From: Verrucomicrobiota bacterium
Lineage (GTDB): Bacteria; Verrucomicrobiota; Verrucomicrobiia; Limisphaerales; Palsa-1400
Reading direction: 5' to 3'
Assembly: GCA_049510745.1 (NCBI GenBank)
Contig: JBEKYR010000022.1
Coordinates: forward strand, 1-64,000
Length of the DNA stretch: 64,000 bases
The position numbers were made by a program, and so were the translations under genes. Under the pieces are notes generated by a model. The model was not told where the DNA came from, searched no databases, and saw only the letters and a program-made list of their open reading frames with translations. The first letter of the stretch is position 1. Each line of letters begins with the position of its first letter. Below are positions 48,898 to 59,681 of this stretch, in pieces.

Positions 48898-50789
48898 TTT
48901 GCGGCTGTGCGTTTGCGTTTGACGATGGCCAGGACGATGCCGGTCACGGCCACCAGCGCCGGCATGGCGCCGATGTTGACCACTTTGGTCCAGAATTCCA
49001 GCGCGTCGGTTTCCTTGCGCAATCTCTTGCGCACCGATTTCAGGTCCTTGTTCACGTCGGCCACCGCCTTTTGATAGTTCTCCAATTCCTTTTGTTGCTC
49101 CGGCGAGAGAATGAACTTCTGCTCCTTGCCGGACTTGCTGGCCTGCAACTCGCTGATCTTGCGTTCGGTTTCGGATTTTGTGGCCTCAAGCTGCTTGAGT
49201 CTGTCCTTCCATTCCTCGCCGGCTTTCGCCTCCATGTTCTTGAGGCGGGTGAACGGGCGGTTGAGGCTGGCGCGGCTGCGCAGGCTGATGAGATCGCTGT
49301 CCCCGGCCAGTTGCTCGACGAAGCTCTGCACGAGGTTCAAATTGCCGTTCATGGGCTGCACCATGCGATAGCCGAAAATCTCCTGCACCCGCACGCACAC
49401 CTGGTCGTTGAGCAGGTCGGTGTCGCCCACCAAAATGACCGCGCCGTCGGCCTTGGATTCCTTCAAGGGCGGTTCGGCGGGCTGGTTTTTGGCTTCCTCC
49501 TTGTCGTCCTTGGCCTTGGGCGGGCCGTCGGGGAAGGCGGTTTTGAATTTTCCTGTCAAACGCACGGCCAGGGCGTAGTCGATGTGCGAGGGCTTGAAGT
49601 CCTTGACGATCTGCTCGGCGGCGATGGTCGCGGTCACGCCCTCCACCAGTTGCGACTCGTCGGAAGTGTGGACCAGCACCGTCTCCTTCAAACCGTCCGC
49701 CGGCTTGCCCGTAAAGACGCCGGCAAAGGGCAGGACCAGATTGTCGATCTGGCTGGTGACAATGTCGTCGTTGTTGATGCCGTTCCTGTCCATCACCAGC
49801 ACGGTGGGCATGGCCGCGCCGCTCTGCGGGTTGTGCCCGGCAAAGGTCATGTCGGCGGCCACTTTGTTCACGTCCATCTCCAGCCCCCAGGCCTTGAGCA
49901 GTTTGTCGAGGGTGGATTGGCCCGAGCTTTCCCCGAGGACCTGCGCCATTTGATCGTGTTTTTGATCGAAATAGGCGTGCGGGTCCAGGAAGGCCAGCAG
50001 TTTCCCGCCCCGCAAGACGAATTGGTCGATGGCGAACTGCGCGCTGCCGGAAATGTCGCGCGGATGGACGACCAGCAACACGCGCACATCGTCATCAATC
50101 CTGGCCGCGGTCATGGGAATCTCCTTGACAGTAAAATCCTTTTTCAACTCGCTGACGAACGCCCACGGTTCGGACGGGTTCTGGCCCATTTGCCGCATCA
50201 TGGGATTGGGCATCGAGCCAAAGACCGGCAATTCGCTCATCAGGCCGATGACCGGGGGGGTGGGATTGACCACCCGCGCGATGGCGCGCGACAAGTCGTA
50301 TTCGAGCAACCGCTCCCGGTCCGGCGGCAGCCACGGCAGCGCCACTTTCTCATCCAGCATGCTCACGACCAGTCCCATGTAAATCTTGTCCCCGCCGAAA
50401 GGCGAGGTCGCCTGCCCTTCCACCCCGTCCAGGCGGGCCGAGTCCTCGGCGTCGGAATCCGGTTTGGGGTCGAGTTTTTCCAGGACGATTTTGCCCTTGG
50501 CCGCCTGCTGGTATTCAGCGAGCAAATCCTCGATGTGCTGCGCGTAGGTGCGCAGCGAGGGCGGCATGGCGGTGTCGCCCTGCGTGCAGTAAAAACGGAG
50601 GGTGACGCGGGACTCGAGTTTGCCCAGGATCTTCTTCGTCCCCGGCGAGAGCGTGAAGGCCTTCTCGGCTGTCAAGTCGATGCGGCCCTTGCAGGCGCTG
50701 GTCACGACGTAAAAGGCGAGCAGGACGACAAACATGACGGCGACGCCGGCGGTGGAATAGAGGATCGTTTCGATATTTTTCTGCTTCAT
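48894..50789 (-). CDS. GldG-like ABC transporter auxiliary component
   Basis: RIDLTAEKAFTLS.GT, LEYDLSRAI, IDQFVLRGG, VGDTDLL, LISLRSR. Confidence 0.88.
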   Translation of the reverse strand: MKQKNIETILYSTAGVAVMFVVLLAFYVVTSACKGRIDLTAEKAFTLSPGTKKILGKLESRVTLRFYCTQGDTAMPPSLRTYAQHIEDLLAEYQQAAKGKIVLEKLDPKPDSDAEDSARLDGVEGQATSPFGGDKIYMGLVVSMLDEKVALPWLPPDRERLLEYDLSRAIARVVNPTPPVIGLMSELPVFGSMPNPMMRQMGQNPSEPWAFVSELKKDFTVKEIPMTAARIDDDVRVLLVVHPRDISGSAQFAIDQFVLRGGKLLAFLDPHAYFDQKHDQMAQVLGESSGQSTLDKLLKAWGLEMDVNKVAADMTFAGHNPQSGAAMPTVLVMDRNGINNDDIVTSQIDNLVLPFAGVFTGKPADGLKETVLVHTSDESQLVEGVTATIAAEQIVKDFKPSHIDYALAVRLTGKFKTAFPDGPPKAKDDKEEAKNQPAEPPLKESKADGAVILVGDTDLLNDQVCVRVQEIFGYRMVQPMNGNLNLVQSFVEQLAGDSDLISLRSRASLNRPFTRLKNMEAKAGEEWKDRLKQLEATKSETERKISELQASKSGKEQKFILSPEQQKELENYQKAVADVNKDLKSVRKRLRKETDALEFWTKVVNIGAMPALVAVTGIVLAIVKRKRTAAK

Positions 50790-50808
50790 GGCTTGATCTC
50801 CCGCGGCG

Positions 50809-51555
50809 TTACCCCGCGCGGTGGCTGCGGAGGATGACCCCGGTGGTAAACAGGGAAAACCCGATGACGCTGAGGAAGAAAATCACGTCCCGCGAATCAA
50901 GCACCCCTTTGGCGAAATACTCGAAATGGGTGATGACGCTGAAGGCCGCCACGGTGTTGACCAGCCACGGCAATTCCCAGCGTGTCAACAAATTTGTCAC
51001 CGGCGGGAAGCCGCAGAGCACCAGCAGCAGGCAGAGGACGAAGGAAACAATGAAGCTGACCACCTGGTTGCGCGTCATGGCCGAGGTCATGCAACTGATG
51101 GCCAGGTAAGCCCCGGCCATGAGGAAACTGCCCACGTAGGAGGCCAGGATGACGCCGTTGTCCGGCGAGCCGAGATAATTGACCGTGATCACCACCGGAA
51201 AGGTCAAGGCCAACGCCAGCAGCAAAAACAGCCAGGAGGCGAGGAATTTTCCGACGATGGCTTGCCAGGCGGTGATGGGCAGGGTCAGCAGCAGCTCCAG
51301 GGTGCCGGTCCGGCGTTCCTCCGCCCACAAGCGCATGCCCGCCGCCGGCACCAGGAACAGGTAAAGCCACGGATGCCAGATGAAAAACGAATTTTCCAGG
51401 CTGGCCTGGCCCCGTTCAAAAAAGCCGCCCGCCATGAACGTGAAGAAGCCCGCCAGCAGGAGAAAAATGACGATGAAAACATAGGCGACCGGCGACGAAA
51501 AGTACCCGCCCAGCTCGCGTTTGGTGATGGCTCTGATGTTGCTGATGGAATTCAT
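50809..51555 (-). CDS. GldF-like ABC permease
   Basis: KRELGGYFSSPVAYV, MRLWAEERRTGTLELLLTLP. Confidence 0.9.
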   Translation of the reverse strand: MNSISNIRAITKRELGGYFSSPVAYVFIVIFLLLAGFFTFMAGGFFERGQASLENSFFIWHPWLYLFLVPAAGMRLWAEERRTGTLELLLTLPITAWQAIVGKFLASWLFLLLALALTFPVVITVNYLGSPDNGVILASYVGSFLMAGAYLAISCMTSAMTRNQVVSFIVSFVLCLLLVLCGFPPVTNLLTRWELPWLVNTVAAFSVITHFEYFAKGVLDSRDVIFFLSVIGFSLFTTGVILRSHRAG

Positions 51556-52511
51556 GGCTGGGCTGGTTTGGCGGTTTCAGGAAGGGTGATGCTGCGGAAG
51601 ACTTCGTCCAGGCGGCCCTCTTCGGTGTGCAATTCCTCGACCTGCCAGCCGGCGGCGGCGGCCAGGACGTTGCGGGCCAGTTCGCCGTTGCGGTTTTCGG
51701 TTTTGGGATAGACGCGCGCCCAGACCTTGCCGTGTTCCTCTTTGACAATGGCCGCGCGGCGGGCGTTGGCCACCCCGGAGAGCCGGTCCACCAATTGCGC
51801 CCCGCCCACGCCCCGCACCACCAGCAGCACCGCGCCCGCCACGTCGGATTTCTGCTTCAATTGTTGCGGCGTGCCGTTGGCCACGATCTGGCCGCGGTCA
51901 ATAATAATGGCCCGCGAACAGACTGCCTCGACCTCTTCCAGAATGTGGGTCGAAAAAATGATCGCCTTCTTCTCGCCCATGCGCCGGATCAACCCCCGCA
52001 CCTCGTGTTTTTGATTCGGGTCCAGGCCGTCGGTCGGTTCGTCCATCACCAGCGCTTCCGGGTCGTGGATGATCGATTGGGCGAAACAAGTGCGGTGCCG
52101 GAAGCCCTTGGAAAGGGTATCGACGCTTTGGTAGAGAACCGATTCCAGGAAACACATTTCGACCACGCGATGAATCGCCCTTTTTTTGGCGTCCCCGTGC
52201 AGCCCGCGCAATTCGGCGATAAACCCCAGGAAACCCTCGACTGTCATATCGGTGTAAGCCGGGGCATTTTCCGGCAGGTAGCCGAGGAGGCGTTTGGCCG
52301 GGATGGGGTCGTCAATCATGTTATAGGCGCCGACGGTGACCTTGCCCTCGGAAGGGGGGATAAAGCCGGTAATCATGCGCATGGAGGTGGATTTGCCGGC
52401 GCCATTAGGCCCCAGAAATCCAAGCACTTCGCCCCGTTCCACCGTAAAGGAAACGCGATTGACGGCCACTTTCGGGCCAAAAGACTTGCTCAGGTTTTCG
52501 ACTTTAATCAT
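51552..52511 (-). CDS. GldA-like ABC ATP-binding protein
   Basis: GPNGAGKST, LSKGFRHR, MDEPTDGLDPNQ, STHIL. Confidence 0.92.
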   Translation of the reverse strand: MIKVENLSKSFGPKVAVNRVSFTVERGEVLGFLGPNGAGKSTSMRMITGFIPPSEGKVTVGAYNMIDDPIPAKRLLGYLPENAPAYTDMTVEGFLGFIAELRGLHGDAKKRAIHRVVEMCFLESVLYQSVDTLSKGFRHRTCFAQSIIHDPEALVMDEPTDGLDPNQKHEVRGLIRRMGEKKAIIFSTHILEEVEAVCSRAIIIDRGQIVANGTPQQLKQKSDVAGAVLLVVRGVGGAQLVDRLSGVANARRAAIVKEEHGKVWARVYPKTENRNGELARNVLAAAAGWQVEELHTEEGRLDEVFRSITLPETAKPAQP

Positions 52512-52701
52512 TCCTGTTTCTCCGCTCCGCGCCGCTGGGCTGCGGATGTATAATTCTGACTGATTAACAGGCAAACTGTTCAAACGCAACTCCCAAGCCC
52601 CAATGGCTGTTTTGACATTTTCCGAAAAAAACGTTCAAAGAGAATTTTCCCCTCGCCGTTTCTGCTGGCGAGCGGCGGGAGGGCGGGGTAACTTTGGCGG
52701 A

Positions 52702-53643
52702 GTGAATGTATTGCCGCGTCCAGAGGTCATCCTGACCCATGAGAGCGATTTGGATGGGTTTGTCTCGGGCTTGCTGTTGCAACGCCTGGCCAAACGTCTT
52801 TTTGACACGGATGTCCGGCTGGAGGCCTACCATTACAACAATTGGCGCCTGCGCGAGCCGCGCGAGAAATCGGGCTGGGTCTGCGACCTGAGTTTCGAGC
52901 CGCGCCTGGATAAGGCGGAGTGGGTGGTGATCGACCATCACGCCACCGAGGCCCAACCCAAAAGCGCCCTCCTCATCCATGATCTGGGCAAATCGGCCGG
53001 GCTGCTCTGTTACGAGTTGTGCCAGCAACACGGCCTCGGTTCGCCCGCCCTGGACCGCCTGGCGCATTTGAATAACGTCGGGGATTTGTTCCTGGAGGAC
53101 GACCCGGATTTCATCCTGGCCAACGATTACGCGAACCTGGTCAAGTCCTACCAGTTTTGGAATTTGCACGCGCTGATCGGCGGCCAATTGGAACGGTTGC
53201 TGGACCACCCGTTGCTGGAGGTGATGGCGGTCAAACGCCGCATCGAAGACCCGATGGGCTTCGAGTGGAGCCGGAACAATATCGTGGAAATCACTCCCGC
53301 CATCGGCTTCGTCGATACGGTCGTCGGCAACACCAACCTGATTGTGCATCAACTGCTGGAAAAACAGGCGACCAAATATCCGGTGCTCCTGACCCTCTTT
53401 CGCAAAGCCAACAACACGGTCGTGGCCAGCTTGCGCAGCCGCAACGGCGAGGCGCTCAAGATCGCGGAGAAATTGCAGGGCGGCGGCCACGCCAACGCCT
53501 GCGGCGCCACCCTGCCGCGCTCTGTCAAGAACATCCCCGACGCGGTTGATTACCTGCGCCATCTTTTGGACCCCGCCCCGAAAAAGGACACCCCGCTCAA
53601 CAGCCTGGAAGGGCTGCTGGCCGGGCTGGAGATCAAGGGCTGA
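52702..53643 (+). CDS. DHH/DHHA1 family phosphoesterase
   Basis: THESDLDG, IDHH, SLRS, GGGHANACG. GTG start inferred. Confidence 0.87.
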   Translation: MNVLPRPEVILTHESDLDGFVSGLLLQRLAKRLFDTDVRLEAYHYNNWRLREPREKSGWVCDLSFEPRLDKAEWVVIDHHATEAQPKSALLIHDLGKSAGLLCYELCQQHGLGSPALDRLAHLNNVGDLFLEDDPDFILANDYANLVKSYQFWNLHALIGGQLERLLDHPLLEVMAVKRRIEDPMGFEWSRNNIVEITPAIGFVDTVVGNTNLIVHQLLEKQATKYPVLLTLFRKANNTVVASLRSRNGEALKIAEKLQGGGHANACGATLPRSVKNIPDAVDYLRHLLDPAPKKDTPLNSLEGLLAGLEIKG

Positions 53644-53712
53644 GCGCGCTTTACGGCCGCAAGCGCGCCCAAAGGTCCCCCGGCGCCAGGCGCAGGTCGA
53701 TGAAAACAGGAG

Positions 53713-54084
53713 TCACTCGACGTTGAGAATCTGGTCCAGCAATTGGGGCAGTTGTTCGGCCACGGCGGCGGTGCCGGCCAGCACGCCGACGCCGGCTTCC
53801 CTGGCTTTGGCCTGGACGGCCTCATCGTGCGCCGGGGAAAAGGCCAGCACCGAAATATGCCGGGTGGCGGGATTGGCTTTCACCTGGGCCACGGCGGCGC
53901 AGACCTCGTCCGGCGGCGACAATTCCGCAATGAGCACCAGGGGCTTTTCGCGCTCGCAGGCCGGGGCGAGCGCGGCCACGCTGTTGAGCGACTGAACGCG
54001 ATAACCCAGGTCCTGCAACCGGTTGGCCAAGTGGCTGCCCGGCAATAGATTCGAGTAATAAACGAGAGCCAGCGGCTTGCTCAT
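53713..54084 (-). CDS. Receiver-like (pseudo-receiver) protein
   Basis: LGYRV...EKPLVLIAEL...KANPATRHISVLAF; canonical acidic pocket and phospho-Asp absent. Confidence 0.65.
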   Translation of the reverse strand: MSKPLALVYYSNLLPGSHLANRLQDLGYRVQSLNSVAALAPACEREKPLVLIAELSPPDEVCAAVAQVKANPATRHISVLAFSPAHDEAVQAKAREAGVGVLAGTAAVAEQLPQLLDQILNVE

Positions 54085-54194
54085 GCCCAACAGAATGGAG
54101 CAGCCCGCCGCAAATTGCAAAAATTTTTGCGCCGGAGCAACGGCCGGCCTTAAATGTATAGCAGTCTCGCGGCCGCTCGGAGTTTGATTTGGCT

Positions 54195-56108
54195 TCAGGG
54201 ACAGCGCAGGCGGTAGAAACGTTGCGAAAGATTGGTGCAAGCCAGATCGATAAACTGGAATTGGCCGGGCGCGATTTCAGGAAACGAGCCGAGGACAGTC
54301 CACGCGGGTAGTGGCAGGGCTGGGCTGGCAGCGCCGAGCAACGTGAGGCTCGCGCCAGGCAGGTTCGTGAGAGTCATCTGAATGGTGCCGTTGGTTGTTC
54401 TGGTGATGGAGGTGAAGCAAAGTGGGAGAGCAGCTCGCTGGAGTTCGAAAGCCCCGATATCGACGTGCGAACCGGACCTGCGTGGCAGGCCACGCTCGTC
54501 GGTCGTGACGCTCAACGGCGGGTCCAGCAACGTGTCATCGCCGCTGTCGAGAGCGGGGCTGCCGGCCAGAAGGGCACATGTCAAGGCGAAGCCACCGTTA
54601 TTGGCAAGTGGTCCAAGCCGAGCGTCGAGCGGTGTGCCGGACCCAACAATGTCGCCCAAAACGCCGTCGGTGAAGCCAGAGTTGCCATCGGCCAGACCGA
54701 TGAGGTTGTGACCGTTGGAAGTAAAATCCCCGAGCAGATCAGGGCCTGATCCATCCGGGCCGTTGGCGCCTGCCGAGCCGTTGGCGCCACGCGGGGTGCC
54801 AGGGCCTCCGGCCCCACCACTCCCAGGAAGTCCTCCGGCACCGCTGAGGTTCTGCGCCGCCAAAACATTTTGGAACGTGGTTGAGCCGCCGCCTTGGTTG
54901 TTGACGCCACCGCCGCCTCCACCGCTGCCCCCGTTGCCGCCATTGCCACCGTTTCCACCGGCACCTCTGGAGTTGGGCAAAGCAGTTCCCCCTTGGCCTC
55001 CGTTGCCTCCTTCTCCGCCCACATTGGTCGTGATGGTGCAGGCGATTGTCTGGAAGAAGCCAAGGCAGCAAATGCCACCGCCGCTGCCACCCGTTCCACC
55101 ATCGCCACCAGAGCCGCCAGCGCCCGGCGGGTAGATGGATTGGAAACTGGAATAGCCACTTCCGCCCGCTCCCCCGGACCCGCCAGGGCCAGCGGTATTC
55201 CCGGCAAAGGTGCAAGACGTGAGAGTGGGGCTGCTCTGGTCGTACAGGCCGCCGCCGGAACCTGCGTCGCCGCCCCGGCCGCCGCCACCGCCGTCTTGCG
55301 AACTGGCAGCGCCGGAGCCGCCGCGGCCACCGGCACCTCCAGCGCCGGCGTTGTTGAAGCCAAAAGTGCAGGCAGTGGCTGTCAGAACTCCCGCATCAAA
55401 GATTCCACCGCCATTTCCTCCGCTCCCTCCCGCCGACCCCGGCAGACCACCGCTCCGGGGCGACCCGCCGTCGCCGCCGCTTCCACTGCTGTTAGTGATG
55501 AAGTTGCAACTGTCCAGTGTCAGCGTGCCGGCATTGTAAACTCCTCCGCCGTTGCCACCCGGCCCGCCGTCGCTGCTGCCGGGGCCACCGAACGGGAGGA
55601 TCGGGCTGCTGTACCCGAGGCCCCCTCGGCCGCTGCTGCACTGGGTAACGACGCAATTGCTCAGGGTGAGCGTGCCCGAATTATAGATGCCGCCACCGTC
55701 GTTGCCGGGACCGCCCGGGGTTGCAGAATTCGTGCTTTCAGCGCCATCAGCGGCGTGCCCATTGAAGATGGTCAGGCCGGAAATACTCACCACCGCCCCG
55801 CCGGAAATGTTGAACACGCGGCTCAAGTAGTTTCCACTGACTGCGAGGCTGTTCGGACCAGGGCCGATGATGTCCAGGCTATTGCCAATGAGCAACTCGC
55901 CCGCAAGATTGGTGATCGTGCCGGAAATGGCGAAGGTGATGGCATCCCCGTCGCTTGCATTGGCGATGGCCGACCGCAGCGAGCCAGTCCCGCCATCCGC
56001 TCCCGTCGTGACCACGAAGGTGTTTTGGCCCCTGAGCGGCTGTATTAAGGTCCCGCAAATGGTCGCAACCAGCAGCGGTCTCCAGATGAGGAATGAGTGT
56101 GTACTCAT
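54195..56108 (-). CDS. Secreted Gly-rich protein with choice-of-anchor Q-like domain and C-terminal ...FYRL domain
   Basis: VVTTGADGGTGSLRSAI; GGGIYNSGTLTL repeats; LGPLANNGG...SPALDSG...DERG.PR...DIGAFE. Confidence 0.85.
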   Translation of the reverse strand: MSTHSFLIWRPLLVATICGTLIQPLRGQNTFVVTTGADGGTGSLRSAIANASDGDAITFAISGTITNLAGELLIGNSLDIIGPGPNSLAVSGNYLSRVFNISGGAVVSISGLTIFNGHAADGAESTNSATPGGPGNDGGGIYNSGTLTLSNCVVTQCSSGRGGLGYSSPILPFGGPGSSDGGPGGNGGGVYNAGTLTLDSCNFITNSSGSGGDGGSPRSGGLPGSAGGSGGNGGGIFDAGVLTATACTFGFNNAGAGGAGGRGGSGAASSQDGGGGGRGGDAGSGGGLYDQSSPTLTSCTFAGNTAGPGGSGGAGGSGYSSFQSIYPPGAGGSGGDGGTGGSGGGICCLGFFQTIACTITTNVGGEGGNGGQGGTALPNSRGAGGNGGNGGNGGSGGGGGGVNNQGGGSTTFQNVLAAQNLSGAGGLPGSGGAGGPGTPRGANGSAGANGPDGSGPDLLGDFTSNGHNLIGLADGNSGFTDGVLGDIVGSGTPLDARLGPLANNGGFALTCALLAGSPALDSGDDTLLDPPLSVTTDERGLPRRSGSHVDIGAFELQRAALPLCFTSITRTTNGTIQMTLTNLPGASLTLLGAASPALPLPAWTVLGSFPEIAPGQFQFIDLACTNLSQRFYRLRCP

Positions 56109-56183
56109 AGCCCGCTTGACGACACAACAACACCCTGACGGGCTTGTCAAGGCACAAATTCCCATGCGTGCCTCCCCGGCCGG

Positions 56184-56990
56184 TCAGCCGCGCAGTTTCG
56201 GAAAAAACTCGTGCGCCGTCTGGCAGGTCATCGCGCTCAACTCGTCCACCGAACAGTTTTTGACTCCGGCCGCCAGTTCCGCGATTTCCTTGACATGGGC
56301 CGGTTCGCAGCGCTTGCCGCGATAGGGCGCCGGCGCCAGAAACGGGCAGTCCGTCTCCAACATGAATTGGCCGGGCGCCGCCGCGGCCAGCGCTTCGCGC
56401 ACGTTGGCGCCGTTCTTGAACGTGACGATGCCCGTGAAACTGACCAGCGATCCCAAGGCAAAAACACGCCGCATCGACTCGACGCTCTCGGAAAAGCAAT
56501 GGAACACGCCGCGCGTCCGCCCCGCGAACGGCGTCAGCGCCGCCAGCGTGTCCGCAAACGAATCGCGCTGATGGATGATGCAGTTAAGCCCCAACTCGGC
56601 CGCCAGTTCCATTTGCTGCCGGAAAATTTCCGCCTGGCGTTTTTTGTAAACATCGAGGTCCGCCTCCGTCATCGCAGAATCGCGGCGGCGATGGTAATCC
56701 AGGCCGGTTTCGCCGATGGCCACGACTTTGGGATGGCGGGCCAGTTCGCGCAAGGCGGGCCGCACATCCTCCGGCGCTTCCCGCACGTGGGTGGGATGCC
56801 AGCCAACGGCCGCATAAACGCCGGGAAACTCCTCCGCAATCCGGATGGCGCGCGCGCTGCCTTGCAGGTCGGTGCCCACGCAAATGATTTTGGCAATCCC
56901 GGCGGCCTGCGCGCGCTCGACGGCAGCCGGGAGGTCCGCCGCAAAATCCGGAAAGCCAAGATGCGCGTGGGTATCGTAAAAAATTGCCAT
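56184..56990 (-). CDS. tatD: TatD family hydrolase
   Basis: [36 protein letters not shown]. Confidence 0.95.
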   Translation of the reverse strand: MAIFYDTHAHLGFPDFAADLPAAVERAQAAGIAKIICVGTDLQGSARAIRIAEEFPGVYAAVGWHPTHVREAPEDVRPALRELARHPKVVAIGETGLDYHRRRDSAMTEADLDVYKKRQAEIFRQQMELAAELGLNCIIHQRDSFADTLAALTPFAGRTRGVFHCFSESVESMRRVFALGSLVSFTGIVTFKNGANVREALAAAAPGQFMLETDCPFLAPAPYRGKRCEPAHVKEIAELAAGVKNCSVDELSAMTCQTAHEFFPKLRG

Positions 56991-57146
56991 GCCGGCCGGA
57001 AAAATAGCGCGCCGCCGCCCCGCGCGTCAATGCGGCGGAAAGCAGCCCCTTGTGTTTGGCCGGTTCCTTTGCTACGTTGGAGGAGTCGATTGACAAGACC
57101 GGAACCGTCACGACTGAAACTCAAATTCGAAAACAAGAGACACATT

Positions 57147-57773
57147 ATGGCATACGAACTACCTGCTCTGCCCTACCCGAAGGAGGCGCTCGAACCTTAC
57201 ATCGACGCGCTGACCATGGAAATTCACCACGGCAAACATCACGGCGCTTACGTGGCCAACCTCAACAAGGCCCTGGCCGGCAAAGCCGACCTGGAAAAGA
57301 AAACGCTCGAGCAACTCATCGGGCATCTCGATGCGGTCCCGGCGGACATCCGCGGGCCGGTGCGCAATAACGGCGGCGGCCACGCCAATCACTCGCTGTT
57401 TTGGAAAATTCTGGGGCCGAAAGCCGGCGGCGCGCCCACCGGCCCGCTGGCCGAGGCGATTGCATCGGCTTTCGGCAGTTTCGACGCTTTCAAGGAGAAG
57501 ATCGAGGCGGCGGGTCTGGGCCGTTTTGGCAGCGGCTGGGCCTGGCTGCTGGTCCACAACGGGAAGCTGGAAATCGCCTCGACGCCCAACCAGGACACGC
57601 CGTTGATGGGCAAAGCCGTCGCCGGCTGCGAAGGCCGTCCCATCTTGGGGGTCGATGTCTGGGAGCACGCCTATTATTTGAAGTATCAGAACCGGCGGGC
57701 CGATTACCTCAAGGCCTTCTGGAACGTGGTCAACTGGACCGAGGTCGCGAAGAATTACGCGGCGGCCAAATAG
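57147..57773 (+). CDS. sodA: Superoxide dismutase, Mn-type signature
   Basis: [33 protein letters not shown]. Confidence 0.95.
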   Translation: MAYELPALPYPKEALEPYIDALTMEIHHGKHHGAYVANLNKALAGKADLEKKTLEQLIGHLDAVPADIRGPVRNNGGGHANHSLFWKILGPKAGGAPTGPLAEAIASAFGSFDAFKEKIEAAGLGRFGSGWAWLLVHNGKLEIASTPNQDTPLMGKAVAGCEGRPILGVDVWEHAYYLKYQNRRADYLKAFWNVVNWTEVAKNYAAAK

Positions 57774-57780
57774 GCGGGAA

Positions 57781-57864
57781 GAAACAGTTGAAGTCTGAAT
57801 GAGTGAATCAGTGAAGGCGGCGGTTTTATGTCTTCCGCCCTCACTGGTTCTCTGACACTCATTC
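57781..57864. repeat. Long palindromic intergenic element between convergent sodA and nucleotidyltransferase genes (may also act as terminator)
   Basis: gaatgagtg/cactcattc, aatcagtga/tcactggtt and ggcgg/ccgcc arms. Confidence 0.75.
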
Positions 57865-58179
57865 CTTTAACTCTGGATAGATGGCAATTCCTTCGTGCTC
57901 GATCTTATCCTTGAGGCGTTGGCTGATGGTCTGTTCCGGGCGCACCACGTCCAGCTCGTAGATGATCGGCGCGTTTTCCAGGGCCTCACACAGGTCCGCC
58001 CATTCGGTGAAGGTTGCATGGGGCGCGTAAATGGCCAGGTCAACATCCGAGGCGCGGCGGAATTGCCCCGTGGCGAGCGAGCCGAAAAGGCGCACTTCAC
58101 GCACGGCGGGGAAGCGGCGGAAGGTCGCCCGCAACGCCGCCAGGTCTTTCTCCCGAAGCGCCACAGTTTTCATGGTCAT
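57859..58179 (-). CDS. Minimal nucleotidyltransferase (MNT) domain protein
   Basis: LFGSLATG...SDVDLA...LDVV; no adjacent HEPN gene. Confidence 0.88.
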   Translation of the reverse strand: MTMKTVALREKDLAALRATFRRFPAVREVRLFGSLATGQFRRASDVDLAIYAPHATFTEWADLCEALENAPIIYELDVVRPEQTISQRLKDKIEHEGIAIYPELKE

Positions 58180-58292
58180 TCGCAGTTCAGTGTGCCGTTT
58201 CCCGGTTTCGGCGCACAGCTTTCTTCATTCTGCCTCCGCTGACAAGACAACAAAGCGCGCATCCCCGCTTAACCCGAATGGCGACTTGCGAG

Positions 58293-58655
58293 TTACACGC
58301 CCATTACTGCCGCACAACCTGCTGACGCCGCCGCCGCCTCTTCGTCTTCGCGGCGGCGTTTCTCGGCCAAGACAGGCGCGTTGCCGCCGCCCGGATTGGA
58401 GGCCGTCGCGATGGTGGCCAACCCCGTGCCAAAGCCCTTGAGGGGGTTGTGCCAGCGCACGTTGCCCGTGAGCGGATCCAGACAGAAGATTTCGCCGTCG
58501 CACGAGGCGAGAAGCGCGTCGTTTTGCAGGACGACATTGACGAAACCCACGCCTTTGAGATCCGTCGCCCATGCCTGCGCGCCGCTGGCGCAATTGAGCG
58601 CGACGACCGATCCGTTGATGCCGATGAACACCAAGTCCGAAGATTGCTTCTTCAT
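58293..58655 (-). CDS. Small PQQ-like beta-propeller repeat protein
   Basis: VVALNCASGAQAW; IFCLDPLTGNVRW. Confidence 0.75.
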   Translation of the reverse strand: MKKQSSDLVFIGINGSVVALNCASGAQAWATDLKGVGFVNVVLQNDALLASCDGEIFCLDPLTGNVRWHNPLKGFGTGLATIATASNPGGGNAPVLAEKRRREDEEAAAASAGCAAVMGV

Positions 58656-58771
58656 GCGCGTCATCCTGGCACGCCGCCTCCCATCAATCAAGCAGTCAGG
58701 ATTGGGGCGTCTCGCGCGTTGCGGTTTTTGAGTTTCTTAATTCTTCCTTCCTGCTTCATCCTTGTCCGCGA

Positions 58772-59647
58772 ATGAGTTTCAACGTCATCGGCCTCGGGGA
58801 GATTCTCTGGGACTTGCTGCCCGCCGGCAAACAACTGGGTGGCGCGCCCGCCAATTTCGCGTTACACGCGCGCGCCTTGGGAGCGCGCAGCCGGGTCATT
58901 TCGCGCGTCGGCCTGGACGCTCCGGGGGCGGAAATCCTGCAACGGCTGCAAGCTCTCGGCCTGCCCATCGCGGAAATACAAGTCGATCCGTCCGCCCCGA
59001 CGGGGACCGTCAGCGTGGAACTATCGGCCGATGGCCAGCCGCGCTTCACCATTCACGAGGATGTCGCCTGGGACCGGCTGGCGCTGGAAGAAACCGCTCT
59101 CGCCGCCGTCGCCGAAGCGGACGCGGTGTCCTTCGGCACGCTGGCGCAGCGCCGGGAGCCGGCGCGGGGGACGATTCGGGCGCTGCTGGGCGCCGTTCGC
59201 CCCGGGGCATTGCGGATTCTGGACCTCAACCTCCGGCAGCATTATTTTTCGCGGGACATCATTGAGACATCATTGCGCCTGGCCAACGTCGTGAAATTCA
59301 ACGATTCCGAACTGCCTGTGTTGGCGGAATTGCTGGGGCTGCGGGGGAATGCGCGCCAGCAAATCGAACAACTGGCGCGGCAGCACGCCCAGCGCCTGGT
59401 GTGCCTGACCCGCGGGGCGCATGGGAGCGTGCTCTATTCCGGGGGCCAATGGGCGGATGATCCCAGCCAACCCGCCGCGGTCAAGGACACTGTCGGGGCA
59501 GGCGATGCGTTTACCGCGGCGCTGGCCATGGGTATGCTGGCAGGAAAGCCGCTCGACGCCATCAACCGCCGGGCCAATCAGGTGGCCCGGTATGTCTGCT
59601 CGCGCGAGGGCGCGACTCCGGCGCTGCCGGAATTTCCGGACCCTTGA
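58772..59647 (+). CDS. PfkB family carbohydrate kinase (fructokinase-like)
   Basis: GEILWD, GGAPANFA, DLNLR, KFNDSE, DTVGAGDAF. Confidence 0.93.
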   Translation: MSFNVIGLGEILWDLLPAGKQLGGAPANFALHARALGARSRVISRVGLDAPGAEILQRLQALGLPIAEIQVDPSAPTGTVSVELSADGQPRFTIHEDVAWDRLALEETALAAVAEADAVSFGTLAQRREPARGTIRALLGAVRPGALRILDLNLRQHYFSRDIIETSLRLANVVKFNDSELPVLAELLGLRGNARQQIEQLARQHAQRLVCLTRGAHGSVLYSGGQWADDPSQPAAVKDTVGAGDAFTAALAMGMLAGKPLDAINRRANQVARYVCSREGATPALPEFPDP

Positions 59648-59681
59648 GCCTACGGCCGCAGGTGATTTGTCGGGGCTGAAC

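Noticed and set aside
47671..52511. Gliding motility system
   Set aside because: GldAFG-like ABC operons are widespread outside gliding bacteria; no gldK-N genes here.
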